A DNA stretch of 64,000 nucleotides from Armatimonadota bacterium (lineage in GTDB: Bacteria > Armatimonadota > SYMT01). Below the pieces are notes generated by a model. The model had not been told where the DNA came from and ran no database searches. It saw only the letters and a program-made list of their open reading frames with translations. Made by a program: the position numbers and the translations under genes. The stretch covers positions 1-64,000 of the forward strand of contig JBKBRF010000026.1 in NCBI GenBank assembly GCA_046292385.1, read 5' to 3'. Numbering within the stretch: the stretch's first letter is position 1; each line of letters opens with the position of its first letter. This document shows, one piece after another, positions 1 to 12,625 of this stretch.

Positions 1-336
1 CGGCCTCCTTCGCGCAAGCGAGCGATGCGGCAAAACCTTCCTGCGCCACCAGCGGCGTAACTTTACAGCGTGTGACACTCGCCACCGCTTCCCCGCCAGG
101 GGAATCTCGCCGGAGTGCTCGATAGCCGGTAATCCTCCTGCCCCGCTGATTTCGCCAACAGTATCTCGCCAGGGGGACTCACAAGAGGAGCATTCCGGCT
201 TCGCCTCCTGGCTCCTCCGGTTGACGAATTCGGATGCCGCCCGATGGTCCGATGGAGCTCCGCGGGTCGCTGCGCAACCGGAGAACCCCGTCGTCCGGAG
301 GCGCGGCCGCAGGCCGCGTTGGAGGACGGCACCTGT

Positions 337-531
337 GACCACCCCTTGGCCAAGGGGTGGTCGCTCGAAGGGTCGGGCTTCAGCCCGTGAACGAAGCCGA
401 GGTGGCGATCACGGCAGTGGCGCGGGGAGGAGCATTGCGTGGTGCACTCCCGGAGCCGCCCGCTAACGGAGCGCAGCGGAGTGTGAAAGGGCCGGCGGAG
501 GGCACTCGCCGCGGGAGGGCTGAAGCCCGAC
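337..531. repeat. REP-like palindromic cluster
   Basis: Perfect 26-bp palindrome GACCACCCCTTGGCCAAGGGGTGGTC (337-362); inverted pair GTCGGGCTTCAGCCC (372-386) / GGGCTGAAGCCCGAC (517-531). Confidence 0.7.
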
Positions 532-603
532 ACGAGGGCGCGGGGTCGGACCCGCGGTGCCAACGCTGCCCGCGGGTAAGAAGCAGGAGTTCCTCGCGCT
601 GGG

Positions 604-1692
604 TCAGCGGATCGGCTCTTTCGACTTCGAAGCGGCCTGTGCGTCGAGCGAAAGCCACGCGTCGAGGCCCGGATCGTGCGCCGCGAGGAAGTGGAACGCC
701 ATGCCGTTCAGGAGCAGGCTGATCGGCACGAGCGCCCAGCAGAGGAAGCAGTAGAGCACCACCAGTGTCACGAGCACCACCACGGAGAGCACCGCCGCGC
801 CCGGAGCGGTAGCGGCGCCGCCGACCGCGCCCGTGAGCCACCAGCCGCCGGCGAGGAGCGGGGAGCAGAGCAGCAGCGTAACCGCCGCGCACGGGAGCAG
901 CGCCACCCCGGCCGCCATGTTGCCGGCGACCTGCATGAGGGTGCGCACCCCGAGGTAGCCGAGGAAGCGGCCGGGGCACCGCCCCGCGGCGGCGAGGACG
1001 CGCCGGCAGGAGCGCATGGGACCCGCGCCTCCGCCGAGCATCGCGGCCGGCACCAGCTCGTAGAGCAGCACCATGGCGGGGAGCGTCAGGAACATCCAGG
1101 GTACCAGGACCACGAAAAAGAGCCCCACCGCGCCGAACAGCATCCCCCACGCCTGCTCGTTCGTCAGGTTCGGGGTCCGGAGCAGCTCCTGGTAGGCGCG
1201 GTGCGTGATCGCCCCTTCCGCGGCGAAGAGGACCGCGTAGAGCGGCACGCTGAAGCCGCTGCTCCACCAGAAGTGCCGCGCGCCGGGCCGGAGATAGGCG
1301 CGGAACCGCCCCGCCCGCGGGGCGCGGGTGACGATCCCTTCCAGGAAGGCGAAGGTGAAGGAGCGCGCGACCACGCTCATGCCCAGCAGCAGGACGGCGA
1401 GGAAGAGCGTCGAGCCGACCACCACCGGATCGGAGAGGAGGGCTTCCCGCGCGAGCGGCTCCTCCCACACCGGGAGCAGCATCCCGAGCGGGGGCGGCTG
1501 CGCCCCGGCACCGACGATCCCGGCCATCGCCGCGATGAGGGCGAGCGCCCGCCAGCGGCGGCGCCCCTCCGGCCGCGCGAGCAGCCCCTGGGTGGAGGCG
1601 AGCGCCGCGGAGAACGCCTCCAGGCCGGAGGTGTTCTCGCCGGAGAGGTGCGGGGCCGGCGGATCGGAGTGGCGGACGGAGGGAGTCGACAT
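604..1692 (-). CDS. Multi-pass membrane protein, unknown function
   Basis: 362-aa ORF with several long hydrophobic segments. Confidence 0.75.
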   Translation of the reverse strand: MSTPSVRHSDPPAPHLSGENTSGLEAFSAALASTQGLLARPEGRRRWRALALIAAMAGIVGAGAQPPPLGMLLPVWEEPLAREALLSDPVVVGSTLFLAVLLLGMSVVARSFTFAFLEGIVTRAPRAGRFRAYLRPGARHFWWSSGFSVPLYAVLFAAEGAITHRAYQELLRTPNLTNEQAWGMLFGAVGLFFVVLVPWMFLTLPAMVLLYELVPAAMLGGGAGPMRSCRRVLAAAGRCPGRFLGYLGVRTLMQVAGNMAAGVALLPCAAVTLLLCSPLLAGGWWLTGAVGGAATAPGAAVLSVVVLVTLVVLYCFLCWALVPISLLLNGMAFHFLAAHDPGLDAWLSLDAQAASKSKEPIR

Positions 1693-1885
1693 CGGGGTGG
1701 GTAGGGCTGCTCCTTGCTCGTTACCTGGCGACGGCCCCGACCCCTCCCGCTTTCAGGACTGAGCGTGCGAGTGGGAGAAGTAGTTGGAGCTGACGAGAGG
1801 CAAGGCGGAGGAAACTCGGCGCGGAGCGTGAAGCTCAGTACGTGAGGGGCGGTCGTTGCCGAGAGACGGCGCGAGAACGGAGCGG

Positions 1886-3235
1886 ATGATGATTCAGCAC
1901 GGGAACGGGCTCACGCGGCGGGAGCTACTCCAGGCAGGGGCGGCAGCGGGCGCCGGGCTGGCGCTGCCCGCACTTTCGGCCCGGGAGGCGCAGGCGGCGG
2001 TCCGAAGTGGGCGCGAGGTCAACTGCATCATGATCTTCATGGTCGGCGGTCCCTCCCACCTCGATACCTGGGACCCGAAGCCCGACGCGCCCGCGGAGGT
2101 TCGCGGCCCGTTCAAGCCGATCCGCACCCCCGTCGACGGGATGCAGATCTCGGAGCTGTTCCCGCAGATGGCGCGCCACGCGGAGAAGTACTCCCTCGTC
2201 CGCTCCGTCCACCACACCGCCGCGGCGATCCACGACACCGGCCACCAGCTCCTGCAGACGGGGCGTCTCGTGGAGGAGGGCGCGGAGCATCCTCACCCCG
2301 GCGCCGTCGTCTCCGCCCTCCGCGGCGAGCGCGGGTCGCTGCCGCCCTACGTGGTGCTCCCCAGCCCGATCGGCGCCACCGGCGGCAATCTCTCCCACGG
2401 CCAGGGCGCGGGCCTCCTCAGCGCGCGCCACGAGCCGCTGACGCTCAGTGTCGATCCAAGCCGCCCCGACTTCTCCGCGCGCGACCTCTTCCCGCCGGAC
2501 TACGCGGCGGCGGTGCGGCGGGAGCGGCGAGAGGCGCTGCGCGGAGCGGTGGGCGAAGCGGTCCAGGCCTGCGGAAGCACCGATCCGGCCGGCCGTGACC
2601 CCCACGCGGCGGAGCTGAGCGAGCGGCTCGCCGCACGCGAGTGCCGAGAGGCGTTCGACCTCCGCTCCGAGCCGGAGCGCCTGCGGGAGCGCTACGGGAT
2701 GAACAAGTTCGGACAGAGCTGCCTGCTGGCGCGGCGGCTGGTGGAGCGCGGCACCCGGTTCGTGACGCTGAACATGTACGAGACCGTCTTCAACGAGACG
2801 ACCTGGGACTGCCACGGCTCGCTCCCCTTCACCCCGCTGGAGGCGTACCGCGATCAGGTGGGGCCGACCTTCGACCACGGCTACAGCACGCTGCTCCAGG
2901 ACCTCTCCGAGCGCGGGCTGCTGGAGGAGACCCTCGTCGTCTGCCTGAGCGAGTTCGGCCGCACCCCGCAGATCAACCCGGTCGGCGGGCGCGACCACTG
3001 GCCGCACTGCTGGACGATCTTCTTCGCGGGCGGCGGAATCCGGGGCGGGCGCGTGGTGGGCGCCAGCGACGAGATCGGCGCCTATCCGAAGGAGCGCCCC
3101 GTCACCCCCGCCGAGGTGGCGGCGACCGTCTACCATGCCCTCGGCATCGACACCGCCACGGAAGTCCCCGCCGCCGACGGCGGCACGCTTCCGCTCGTGG
3201 ATCCCGCCGCCCGCGCGATCCACGAGCTGTTCTGA
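1886..3235 (+). CDS. DUF1501 domain protein with Tat-like N-terminus
   Basis: TRRELL N-terminus; GGPSHLDTWDPKP, FGQSCLLARRLVERG, EFGRTP, GRDHWP motifs. Confidence 0.9.
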   Translation: MMIQHGNGLTRRELLQAGAAAGAGLALPALSAREAQAAVRSGREVNCIMIFMVGGPSHLDTWDPKPDAPAEVRGPFKPIRTPVDGMQISELFPQMARHAEKYSLVRSVHHTAAAIHDTGHQLLQTGRLVEEGAEHPHPGAVVSALRGERGSLPPYVVLPSPIGATGGNLSHGQGAGLLSARHEPLTLSVDPSRPDFSARDLFPPDYAAAVRRERREALRGAVGEAVQACGSTDPAGRDPHAAELSERLAARECREAFDLRSEPERLRERYGMNKFGQSCLLARRLVERGTRFVTLNMYETVFNETTWDCHGSLPFTPLEAYRDQVGPTFDHGYSTLLQDLSERGLLEETLVVCLSEFGRTPQINPVGGRDHWPHCWTIFFAGGGIRGGRVVGASDEIGAYPKERPVTPAEVAATVYHALGIDTATEVPAADGGTLPLVDPAARAIHELF

Positions 3236-3252
3236 CCGGCCGCGCAACTCCG

Positions 3253-3813
3253 ATGACTGGCGCCTCAGAGCGTCCGAAGCGAAGGCTGACGTCGGCGGAT
3301 CTGGCCCGGCTGCCGGAGGGTCGCTGCCGGTATGAGCTGATCGATGGCGAGCTTCGCGAGTATCCGTGGGGCGACGCACTCCACGGAATGGTCGGCGCTC
3401 GCCTCGGCGCCGCTGCATCGGTCTTCGTGGAGGAGCGCAACCTCGGCCGAACCTTTCTGGCCGGGACCGGCTTCTGGATCCGGGAGGATCCGGACACGGT
3501 ACTGGCGCCGGATTGGGCATTCGTCCCCTACCATCAGCGTCCGGGCAAGCCCTCGAATGACTTCGTCCGGACCGTGCCGGCCCTGGTTCTGGAAGTACAG
3601 GCGCAGCTCGAGACTCGAGGGGAAGCGGCGGCTAAGGTCGGCCGCTGGCTTGCGGCCGGAGCTCCAGTAGTCTGGGATTGCGACCCGTCCCGGAAACTGG
3701 TACTGGTGCACCGCGCAGACAAAGAGACCGTGATGCTCGGAGTGGCTGATACCCTCGACGGAGGAGAGATACTCCCGGAGTTTGCCCTACCCCTCGGCGC
3801 GGTCTTCCGGTGA
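3253..3813 (+). CDS. Uma2 (DUF820) family PD-(D/E)XK-like protein
   Basis: YELIDGEL, APDWAFV, LVLEV, LDGGEILPEF pattern; ATG at 3253 just after upstream stop. Confidence 0.85.
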   Translation: MTGASERPKRRLTSADLARLPEGRCRYELIDGELREYPWGDALHGMVGARLGAAASVFVEERNLGRTFLAGTGFWIREDPDTVLAPDWAFVPYHQRPGKPSNDFVRTVPALVLEVQAQLETRGEAAAKVGRWLAAGAPVVWDCDPSRKLVLVHRADKETVMLGVADTLDGGEILPEFALPLGAVFR

Positions 3814-3874
3814 GGGCGGGACTGCGGAGAGCAGGTCTCCCACTCCCCCATTCCCACCCTCACCCACTCAGTCA

Positions 3875-6010
<2,136 letters not shown>

Positions 6011-6090
6011 TCTCGTTCTCCTGCTCCCGGCGGGAACTGACGGAAGCTCGCTCGCTAACCACGAAAGCCAGGCCCGACCCCGCGGGGTAC

Positions 6091-6234
6091 GCGAGGGAAT
6101 GAATTCCCTCGCTGGACGGCCTGCGGCCACGCGTCCTCCGGACGCCCGAGCTGGGCCTTCTCAGTCCGCGAAGGCGGTCCCCCGTCCGGGGGATAAAACC
6201 TCGTGCCGTGGTTGCCGCGGTTTCAACCGCCCGG
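6091..6234. mobile_element. ~145-bp REP/MITE-like repeat, copy 1
   Basis: Closely similar to 62566-62710 and to partial 24317-24372; internal hairpins ending in GCGGTTTCAACCGC. Confidence 0.75.
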
Positions 6235-7464
6235 TTAAGAAAGCTCGCCGATCGGGCCGAGGGCGACCACCGTCAGCGCGTCGAAGGGTCGCTGCTCCAG
6301 CAGGCGCCGGACGTCTTCCTCAGATACGGCGAGGTAGCGGTCGATCGTTTCATCCAGCGGCGCCCAGCGCTCCCGGTACTGCCAGTCGAAACCGACGTGG
6401 AACAGGCGGCCGCGGGGGGTCTCGTCGTGCATCACCAGGGCGCTGGCGATCTTCCGCTTGGAGCGCTCGATCTCGTCCGCGCGGAAGCCGTCCGCCATGG
6501 CGGTATTCAGCACCTCGCGGATCTTGTCGGTCACCAGCTGGGTCCGCTCCGGGTCGCAGGAGGCGTAGCCGAAGAAGGCGCCGCAGCCGTCTTCCTCGTC
6601 GTGGCTCAGGCGGACCGTGTCCGCAAGCCCGGGCTCCACGAGGGCCCAGTAGAGCCGGCTGCCCTCGCCGCCGCCGAGGATGTCGCCGACGATGTCGGTG
6701 ACGTATCGCAGCTCGCTCCGCGCCGGCACGCCGGGGGCGACTACGGCGACGTGCGCCCGGTGGATCTTGTCGTCGCGGATCACCCGGACGCGCGGCTCCG
6801 CCTGGTGCCCCGGGGTGGCGCGGGACGTGTCGGCCGGCTTCCAGCCGCGGGTCTGCTCGGAGACGCGCTCCACCACCGCGTCCCAGTCGAAGTCGCCGGT
6901 GAGCGCGAGCAGCAGGTTGCTCGGCGCGTAGCGCTGGCTCCAGTAGCCGCACATCTGCTCCCGCCGCAGGGCGGAGATGCTCTCCGTGGTGCCGAGGACC
7001 GACTTCCCGAGCGGGTGGCCCTGGTAGAAGGTCGACCGCGCCTCGTCGATGACGGTGAACTGCGGCCGGTCCTTGTACATCTCGATCTCTTCCAGGATGA
7101 CCTTCTTCTCCATGTCAAAGTCGTCCTGGCGCAGGACCGGCTGCATCAGGTCGGTGAGCAGGTCGACGAGCTGATGCTGGTGCTCCGGCAGCACGGCGCC
7201 GTAGTAGACCGTGTACTCCTCGCCGGTGAAGGCGTTGTAGTCCGCCCCGATCTCGTCGAACTCCCGGTTCACGTCCTCCGCGGAGCGGCGCTCCGTGCCC
7301 TTGAAGAGCATGTGCTCCAGGAAGTGGCTGACCCCGCTCACCTCCGCGGTCTCGTCCCGCGCGCCGGTCTTCACGAAGTAACCGGCCGCCATGCTGAGCG
7401 CGCTCGGGTTCTGCTCCCCGATGAGCGTGAGCCCGTTCTCCAGCACTCGCTTCTCGAACTTCAC
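6235..7464 (-). CDS. M16 family zinc peptidase, catalytic subunit
   Basis: HFLEH (HXXEH) motif, NAFT; GTG start overlaps upstream TGA (GTGA). Confidence 0.92.
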   Translation of the reverse strand: MKFEKRVLENGLTLIGEQNPSALSMAAGYFVKTGARDETAEVSGVSHFLEHMLFKGTERRSAEDVNREFDEIGADYNAFTGEEYTVYYGAVLPEHQHQLVDLLTDLMQPVLRQDDFDMEKKVILEEIEMYKDRPQFTVIDEARSTFYQGHPLGKSVLGTTESISALRREQMCGYWSQRYAPSNLLLALTGDFDWDAVVERVSEQTRGWKPADTSRATPGHQAEPRVRVIRDDKIHRAHVAVVAPGVPARSELRYVTDIVGDILGGGEGSRLYWALVEPGLADTVRLSHDEEDGCGAFFGYASCDPERTQLVTDKIREVLNTAMADGFRADEIERSKRKIASALVMHDETPRGRLFHVGFDWQYRERWAPLDETIDRYLAVSEEDVRRLLEQRPFDALTVVALGPIGELS

Positions 7465-8699
7465 AGGCGTACCTCCAGCTCCTTCGGTCCCAGGGTCACG
7501 ATGGTGAAGTCGCGCGCGGGGAACTCCCGCAGGCACTCCAGAATGCTCTCCGGCGTCACCGCCTCCACGCCGGCGCGGATCTCGTCCATCGTGCGGATCG
7601 TGCCGAGGAGGTACTGGTCGCGGGCGATGCTGAGGGCGCGGGAGCGGGTCGCCTCGGTCTGCATCACCAGGGAGGAGAGCAGACCGGTCCGGGCGCGGGC
7701 CAGCTCCTCGTCGGTGACCCCCTCTTCCAGGCGGCGCAGCTCCACGAGGAGCACGTCGAGCGTCTCCTGGCACCGCTCGGGGCTGGTGCCGGAGTAGGCG
7801 ATGATGTTTCCCGCGCCGCGAAGCGTCTGGTAGAACGCCTTGACGGTGTAGCAGAGACCGCGCTTCTCCCGCACCTCCGTGAAGAGCCGGGACGCCATCC
7901 CGCCGGAGAGCACCTCCACCGCCATGCGCATGTCGTAGTACCGCGGGTGACCGGTCGGCACGGAGGGGTAGGCGACCCCGATCTGCTCCTGGTTCGCCTC
8001 CTGCGGCACGTGCCGGTAGGCGGCGCGGCCTTCCGTAGAGGGCGCCGGGCTCCCCGGGGCCTCCCCTTCCCAGTCGCCGAAGCTCGCCTTGATCACCTCC
8101 TGCAGGGCAGACCACTCGAAGCGCCCGGCCACCGCCAGGATCGCCCCCTGCGGCCGATAGCGGCGCAGGTGCTCTTCCCGCACCAGCTCCGGGGTGAGCG
8201 CCTGGATCCCCTCTTCCCGACCTAGCGCGGTGCGGCCGTAGCTGTTGGTGTAGTAAGCGCGCCGGAGATTGATGAACAGCTTGTCCGCCGGGCTGTCCTC
8301 CAGCCGCTGCAGCTTCTGCAGCGCCAGCGCCTGCTCCGCGGGGAGCTGATCGGCCGGGAGGTGGGGGCGGCGGATGATATCGGCGTAGAGCGCCAGCGCC
8401 TGGTGGAGGTCGTCCGCCAGCATCGCCCCGCCGAAGGTGGTGTACTCCAGCTCCGCGGAGCCGGCGCGATGCAGCCCCAGCGCGTCGAGCGCCTGCGAGA
8501 GCTCGCGGGTGTTGCGGTCGCCCGCGCCCCGGTAAGAGAGGTTCTCCAGCACCGTGGCGGCGCCCTGGAGGTGCTCCGGATCGGTCACCGCGCCGGCGGG
8601 GACGATCATCTGGAAGGCGGCGGAGCGGACCGCCGGCAGGTGCTCCGCGACGACGGTGAGCCCGTTCGAGAGCTGGAGCGTGTAGTGGACGTTGCGCAA
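7461..8699 (-). CDS. M16 family peptidase, non-catalytic partner subunit
   Basis: LSNGLTV, SRLFTEVREKRGLCY; HXXEH replaced by TVLEN; TTG start with AGGAG RBS. Confidence 0.88.
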   Translation of the reverse strand: MRNVHYTLQLSNGLTVVAEHLPAVRSAAFQMIVPAGAVTDPEHLQGAATVLENLSYRGAGDRNTRELSQALDALGLHRAGSAELEYTTFGGAMLADDLHQALALYADIIRRPHLPADQLPAEQALALQKLQRLEDSPADKLFINLRRAYYTNSYGRTALGREEGIQALTPELVREEHLRRYRPQGAILAVAGRFEWSALQEVIKASFGDWEGEAPGSPAPSTEGRAAYRHVPQEANQEQIGVAYPSVPTGHPRYYDMRMAVEVLSGGMASRLFTEVREKRGLCYTVKAFYQTLRGAGNIIAYSGTSPERCQETLDVLLVELRRLEEGVTDEELARARTGLLSSLVMQTEATRSRALSIARDQYLLGTIRTMDEIRAGVEAVTPESILECLREFPARDFTIVTLGPKELEVRL

Positions 8700-8898
8700 G
8701 TTGGTCTCCTTCGGAGGGCAGCCGCTGCCCGGGTTACAGCCGGTCCCGCCATCCGGTGTCAGACAGGGTATTCTACCAGCCGGTGGACAGGAGTGAACGA
8801 ATTGCTCGCCCGGGCGGGCCTGACCCTCTGCCCGGGAAAGGGACCCCCGCACGCCCCGGCGAACCGGACTTCAGTAGTCTCCCTTCCCGAGGTGCCCC

Positions 8899-10050
8899 AT
8901 GCCCCCGAAACGCCCCCGCCTGGCCGTCATTCTCACCAGCTACGGCGCCACCAGCCACGGCCTCTGCTTCTGCACCAAGTTCCTGGAAGGGAAGCAGTAC
9001 GACGATCACTTCGAGGAGCCGCGCTGCGAGGTGGTCGCCATCCACCAGATGGAGATCACGAAAGACGACATCGGGGTGGCGACCGCGAAGAAGCACGGCG
9101 TGCCGATGTACCACTCCGTCGCCGCGGCGCTCTGCCGCGGCGGGAACGAGCTGGCGGTCGACGGCGTGGTGCTGATCGGCGAGCACGGGAGCTGGCCGTT
9201 CAACGAAAAGGGCCAGCAGCTCTATCCGCGGCGGGAGCTGTTCGACCAGATCGCCGGCGTCTTCCGCCAGTCGCGCCGGGTGGTGCCGATCTTCAACGAC
9301 AAGCACCTCTCCTGGAACTGGGAGTGGGCCAAGCACATGTGGCGGACGGCGCAGGAGTTGAAGATCCCGTTCATGGCGGGGAGCAGCCTGCCGTACGCCA
9401 AGTACGAGCCGCTCGTCTCCCTCCCCCGGGGCAAGAAGCTCGACCACCTGATCGCGGTCGGCTACGCCGGGCTCGAGTCGTACGGCTTCCACTCGATCGA
9501 GACCGGCCAGTTCGTGGTGGAAAGCCGAGCCGGCGGCGAGGTCGGCGTGAAGAGCGTCCAGTGCCTGGAAGGGCAGGCGGTCTGGGACGCCCACCGTGAC
9601 GGCCGCTGGCCGCAGGATATCGCCGCGGCGGCGCTCGCCGCCGTGCAGGAGCCTAGGGGCAGGCCGGAGGACTACACGAAGAACGTCTACGCCATCGACA
9701 TCGAGTACCGCGACGGCCAGCGCATGACGGTGCTGATGCCGAACGGCTACTGCGCCGAGTTCGGCTTCGCCTACCGGGAGCGGGGCTCCAACCGGATCGT
9801 CAGCACCGCTTACAAGCTCGACCCGGTGCCCCGTCTCAAGCACTTCTCCGCCACGGTGCGGTCATTGGAGGACATGTACCTCACCGGCAAGCCGACCGAG
9901 CCGGGAGAGCGGACGCTCCTGACCACCGGCATCCTCGCCTACGCGATCGAGAGCCACCACCGCGGCGGCGTGAAGCTGGAGACGCCGGACCTGAACATCC
10001 GCTACAAGCCGCCGCGCCGCCCGGAGAGCTGGCGGGAAGTGGTGCGCTAA
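8899..10050 (+). CDS. Conserved hypothetical protein, Gfo/Idh/MocA oxidoreductase-like
   Basis: VDGVVLIGEHG, IFNDKHLS, MAGSSLP, YGFHSIE pattern. Confidence 0.7.
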   Translation: MPPKRPRLAVILTSYGATSHGLCFCTKFLEGKQYDDHFEEPRCEVVAIHQMEITKDDIGVATAKKHGVPMYHSVAAALCRGGNELAVDGVVLIGEHGSWPFNEKGQQLYPRRELFDQIAGVFRQSRRVVPIFNDKHLSWNWEWAKHMWRTAQELKIPFMAGSSLPYAKYEPLVSLPRGKKLDHLIAVGYAGLESYGFHSIETGQFVVESRAGGEVGVKSVQCLEGQAVWDAHRDGRWPQDIAAAALAAVQEPRGRPEDYTKNVYAIDIEYRDGQRMTVLMPNGYCAEFGFAYRERGSNRIVSTAYKLDPVPRLKHFSATVRSLEDMYLTGKPTEPGERTLLTTGILAYAIESHHRGGVKLETPDLNIRYKPPRRPESWREVVR

Positions 10051-10201
10051 CGGCGCCAGCGCGTTTGCAGGTTGCAGGTTCCGAACGCCGCCTGTCGGGG
10101 AGGGAGCCGGCGCGCGCAGGTAAGGGGCGGCATCCGGTGGATCCTGTTGGGATTCCATTACCGGAGAGGGCATCGGGAGCCGCAGGGGCAAACCGGCCTG
10201 T

Positions 10202-11542
10202 ATGAAGCGTAGAACGTTTACCGGCGGCGCCGTGCTGGCCGCCGCCGGTCTCCTGCTCCCCCAGCCCCCGGCTCGGGCCGCCGGCAAGCGCGCCGGGCGC
10301 GTGCGGCTCGACGGCCACGCCCTGGTGGATGACGGCGGCCCGTTCCTCGGCCTCGGCGTCTCCTACTTCACCGCGCTCCACCGCTGCAAGCACGACCGTC
10401 CCCGCCTGGAGCGGGACCTCGCGTTCCTGGCGGCGCAGGGGTTCAACTACTACCGGATGCTCTCGATGGTCGGGTGGTACGGCGCCTGGGACGGCCTCGA
10501 GATCGCGCCGGTCACCTACACCAGCCGCGAGGGGAAGCGGGTGGAGGCGTGGCCCGACTACTGGCAGCAGTTGCGGGAGCTGATCGACCTGGCGTACGAC
10601 CGCTACGGGCTGCGGACGCAGGTCACCCTTTTCGCGGACGCGCAGCTCATGCCGGGCGTGCCGGCGCGGCGGGAGCACATGCGCCGCTTCCTCGCCGACG
10701 TGGTGGCCGGCCGGGAGCAGAAGCTGATGCTGATCGAAGTGGCGAACGAGGCGTGGCAGAACGGCTTCCCCGGCGACGAGGGGGTGGCCGAGCTGCGGGA
10801 CCACACCCGCTACCTCGCCGAGCGGACCGGGATCCCGATCGCAATCACCTCCAACCACGAGGACTCGTTCGAGAAGGTCTACAAGGACAGCGCGGCGGAT
10901 ATCGCCACCTGGCACTTCAGCCGGGACCGCCGGAAGGACGAGGGCTGGGATCCGGTCTACGACTGCTGGCGGTTCGGCCATCTTCCGGGCATCCCGCCCG
11001 CCAGCAGCAACGAGCCGATCGGTCCCGGCGCCTCCGTCAGTACGGAGCGGGACCCGCTGCGACTGGTGATGGCCGCCGCGTTTGCCTACGCCGCGAAGCT
11101 GCCGATGTACGTCTTCCACTGCGAGGCGGGCGTGTTCGGGAAGTCGCGCTTCGAAGAGACGCCCGCCATCGGCCAGTACCGCCCGCTCCTCCGGATGCTG
11201 CCGTCCGACCTGCCGGGCTGGGAGCGCAACGACGGCAAAGAGCCGCGAGCGCCGTTCACCGCGTTCGCGGGCGGCGCGCCGAACCGGTACCGCCTGGAGG
11301 GAGAGACCGCAGCCCCCGACGGCTGCATCCGCAACACCGGCAGCCGCAAGGGGGACCGCTTCGTCTGCGTCCCGATCGGCATCCGCGGCGGCCTCACGCT
11401 CCAGGCCCGCGAGAAAGTGAGCTTCCAGGCGCACCACCCGCTAACGGGAGAGGCGCTGCGCAGCGTCGCCCTCGCCGCCGGAGAGCGCGTGACGCTGGAC
11501 GCCGAGCCCGGCGCGCTGGTGCTGATGGGGAGGGTCGACTGA
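10202..11542 (+). CDS. Tat-exported protein, possible glycoside hydrolase-like TIM barrel
   Basis: MKRRTF signal; GFNYYRM and EVANE (NE acid/base-like) motifs. Confidence 0.65.
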   Translation: MKRRTFTGGAVLAAAGLLLPQPPARAAGKRAGRVRLDGHALVDDGGPFLGLGVSYFTALHRCKHDRPRLERDLAFLAAQGFNYYRMLSMVGWYGAWDGLEIAPVTYTSREGKRVEAWPDYWQQLRELIDLAYDRYGLRTQVTLFADAQLMPGVPARREHMRRFLADVVAGREQKLMLIEVANEAWQNGFPGDEGVAELRDHTRYLAERTGIPIAITSNHEDSFEKVYKDSAADIATWHFSRDRRKDEGWDPVYDCWRFGHLPGIPPASSNEPIGPGASVSTERDPLRLVMAAAFAYAAKLPMYVFHCEAGVFGKSRFEETPAIGQYRPLLRMLPSDLPGWERNDGKEPRAPFTAFAGGAPNRYRLEGETAAPDGCIRNTGSRKGDRFVCVPIGIRGGLTLQAREKVSFQAHHPLTGEALRSVALAAGERVTLDAEPGALVLMGRVD

Positions 11543-11761
11543 ACTAAGGACGGAGTGCAGAGGGCGGAGTGCGGAATTCAAACCGTTCTACGGAGGGGCT
11601 GACGCGCTTTCCTCCATCCTCTGCACTTCGAGGGGCTGAGGCCGTCCACTCACCGCTGACATCTCTTGTCGCGGCAAGTCCTCTGAGTGGGAGTAGCCGT
11701 GCTCGGATGGCGTCCCTGCCCCCGCCAGCCCTACACGCTACCCTCTAAACGCTACACGCTG

Positions 11762-12625
11762 CTAACGAAGCCACCGCGCCAGGTGGTCGCGGCTGCGCTT
11801 CAGGCCGTCCTTCTGCAGCTCCCAGGTCTCGTGGTAGCGGTAGTCTTCCAGCTCCACGCTCACCACGCCGTCGAAGTCGAAGTCTTCCAGGCGGCCGATC
11901 AGGCGGCACCAATCGACCAGCCCCTCGCCCGGGATGGTGTAGCGCCACCAGCTCTCCCCGAACGAAGCCGCCTTGCGGAAGGTGGGGCCCAGGTTGCCGT
12001 GCTCGTAGAGCCGCTCGGAGTCGAAGTCGGTGTCTTTGCCGTGGACGTGGATCACGCGGTCGCCGAACTCGTCGAGGGCGCGGCGCCAGTCGACCCCGAT
12101 CCGGACCAGGTGGGAGGGGTCGAAGTTGAGGCCGAAGGCGGGAGTCGGCACCGCGTCGAACATCGCGCGCCACATCTCCGGCGTGCAGCCGATGGCGGGG
12201 TACGCCGGCGCGGGGCCGGGCCAGCCCTCCAGGGCGATGCGCACGCCCTCCTCCTCCGCCAGCGCCGCCACCTGCGGGAAGGTCTCCTTCCAGATCGCGA
12301 AGCTCTCCGCCCGCTTCTGCAGCGGATCCTCCGGGAAGAAGACGCAGAACATCCGAGTGCAGCCCTGCTCCGCCGTCTGCGTCACCGCCGCCTTCGCCTC
12401 TTCCACGCCGGCCCGCTGCTTCTCCGGGTCCGGGCTCAGCAGTCCCTTGAAGCCGGGGAGGTCGATCGTGCCGATCTCCAGGCCCGCCTCCCGCGCGGTG
12501 CGGATCTGCTCCGCGTCCGGCGTGCCGAGATCGATCGATCCGAAGCCGCTCTCCACCGCCCACCGGCAAAGCTCTGCGAACGAGATCTCCCGGGCGCGGC
12601 CCGGGATGCGAAACCCGATCTTCAC
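11762..12625 (-). CDS. Sugar phosphate isomerase/epimerase (xylose isomerase-like TIM barrel)
   Basis: IALE, GLNFDPSH, HVHGKD, PGEGLVDW, SVELE. Confidence 0.9.
   Translation of the reverse strand: MKIGFRIPGRAREISFAELCRWAVESGFGSIDLGTPDAEQIRTAREAGLEIGTIDLPGFKGLLSPDPEKQRAGVEEAKAAVTQTAEQGCTRMFCVFFPEDPLQKRAESFAIWKETFPQVAALAEEEGVRIALEGWPGPAPAYPAIGCTPEMWRAMFDAVPTPAFGLNFDPSHLVRIGVDWRRALDEFGDRVIHVHGKDTDFDSERLYEHGNLGPTFRKAASFGESWWRYTIPGEGLVDWCRLIGRLEDFDFDGVVSVELEDYRYHETWELQKDGLKRSRDHLARWLR

Noticed and set aside
2641..3813. 390-aa Uma2 fusion and similar N-terminal extensions (6235-8115, 21934-24237, 37042-38136)
   Set aside because: Extensions overlap genuine genes; better internal starts exist
3253..3813. 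Uma2 gene as part of a defence island
   Set aside because: Solitary, with no methylase or other defence gene nearby
7461..8699. Pseudogenised M16 peptidase lacking HXXEH
   Set aside because: Normal for the non-catalytic partner in two-gene M16 pairs
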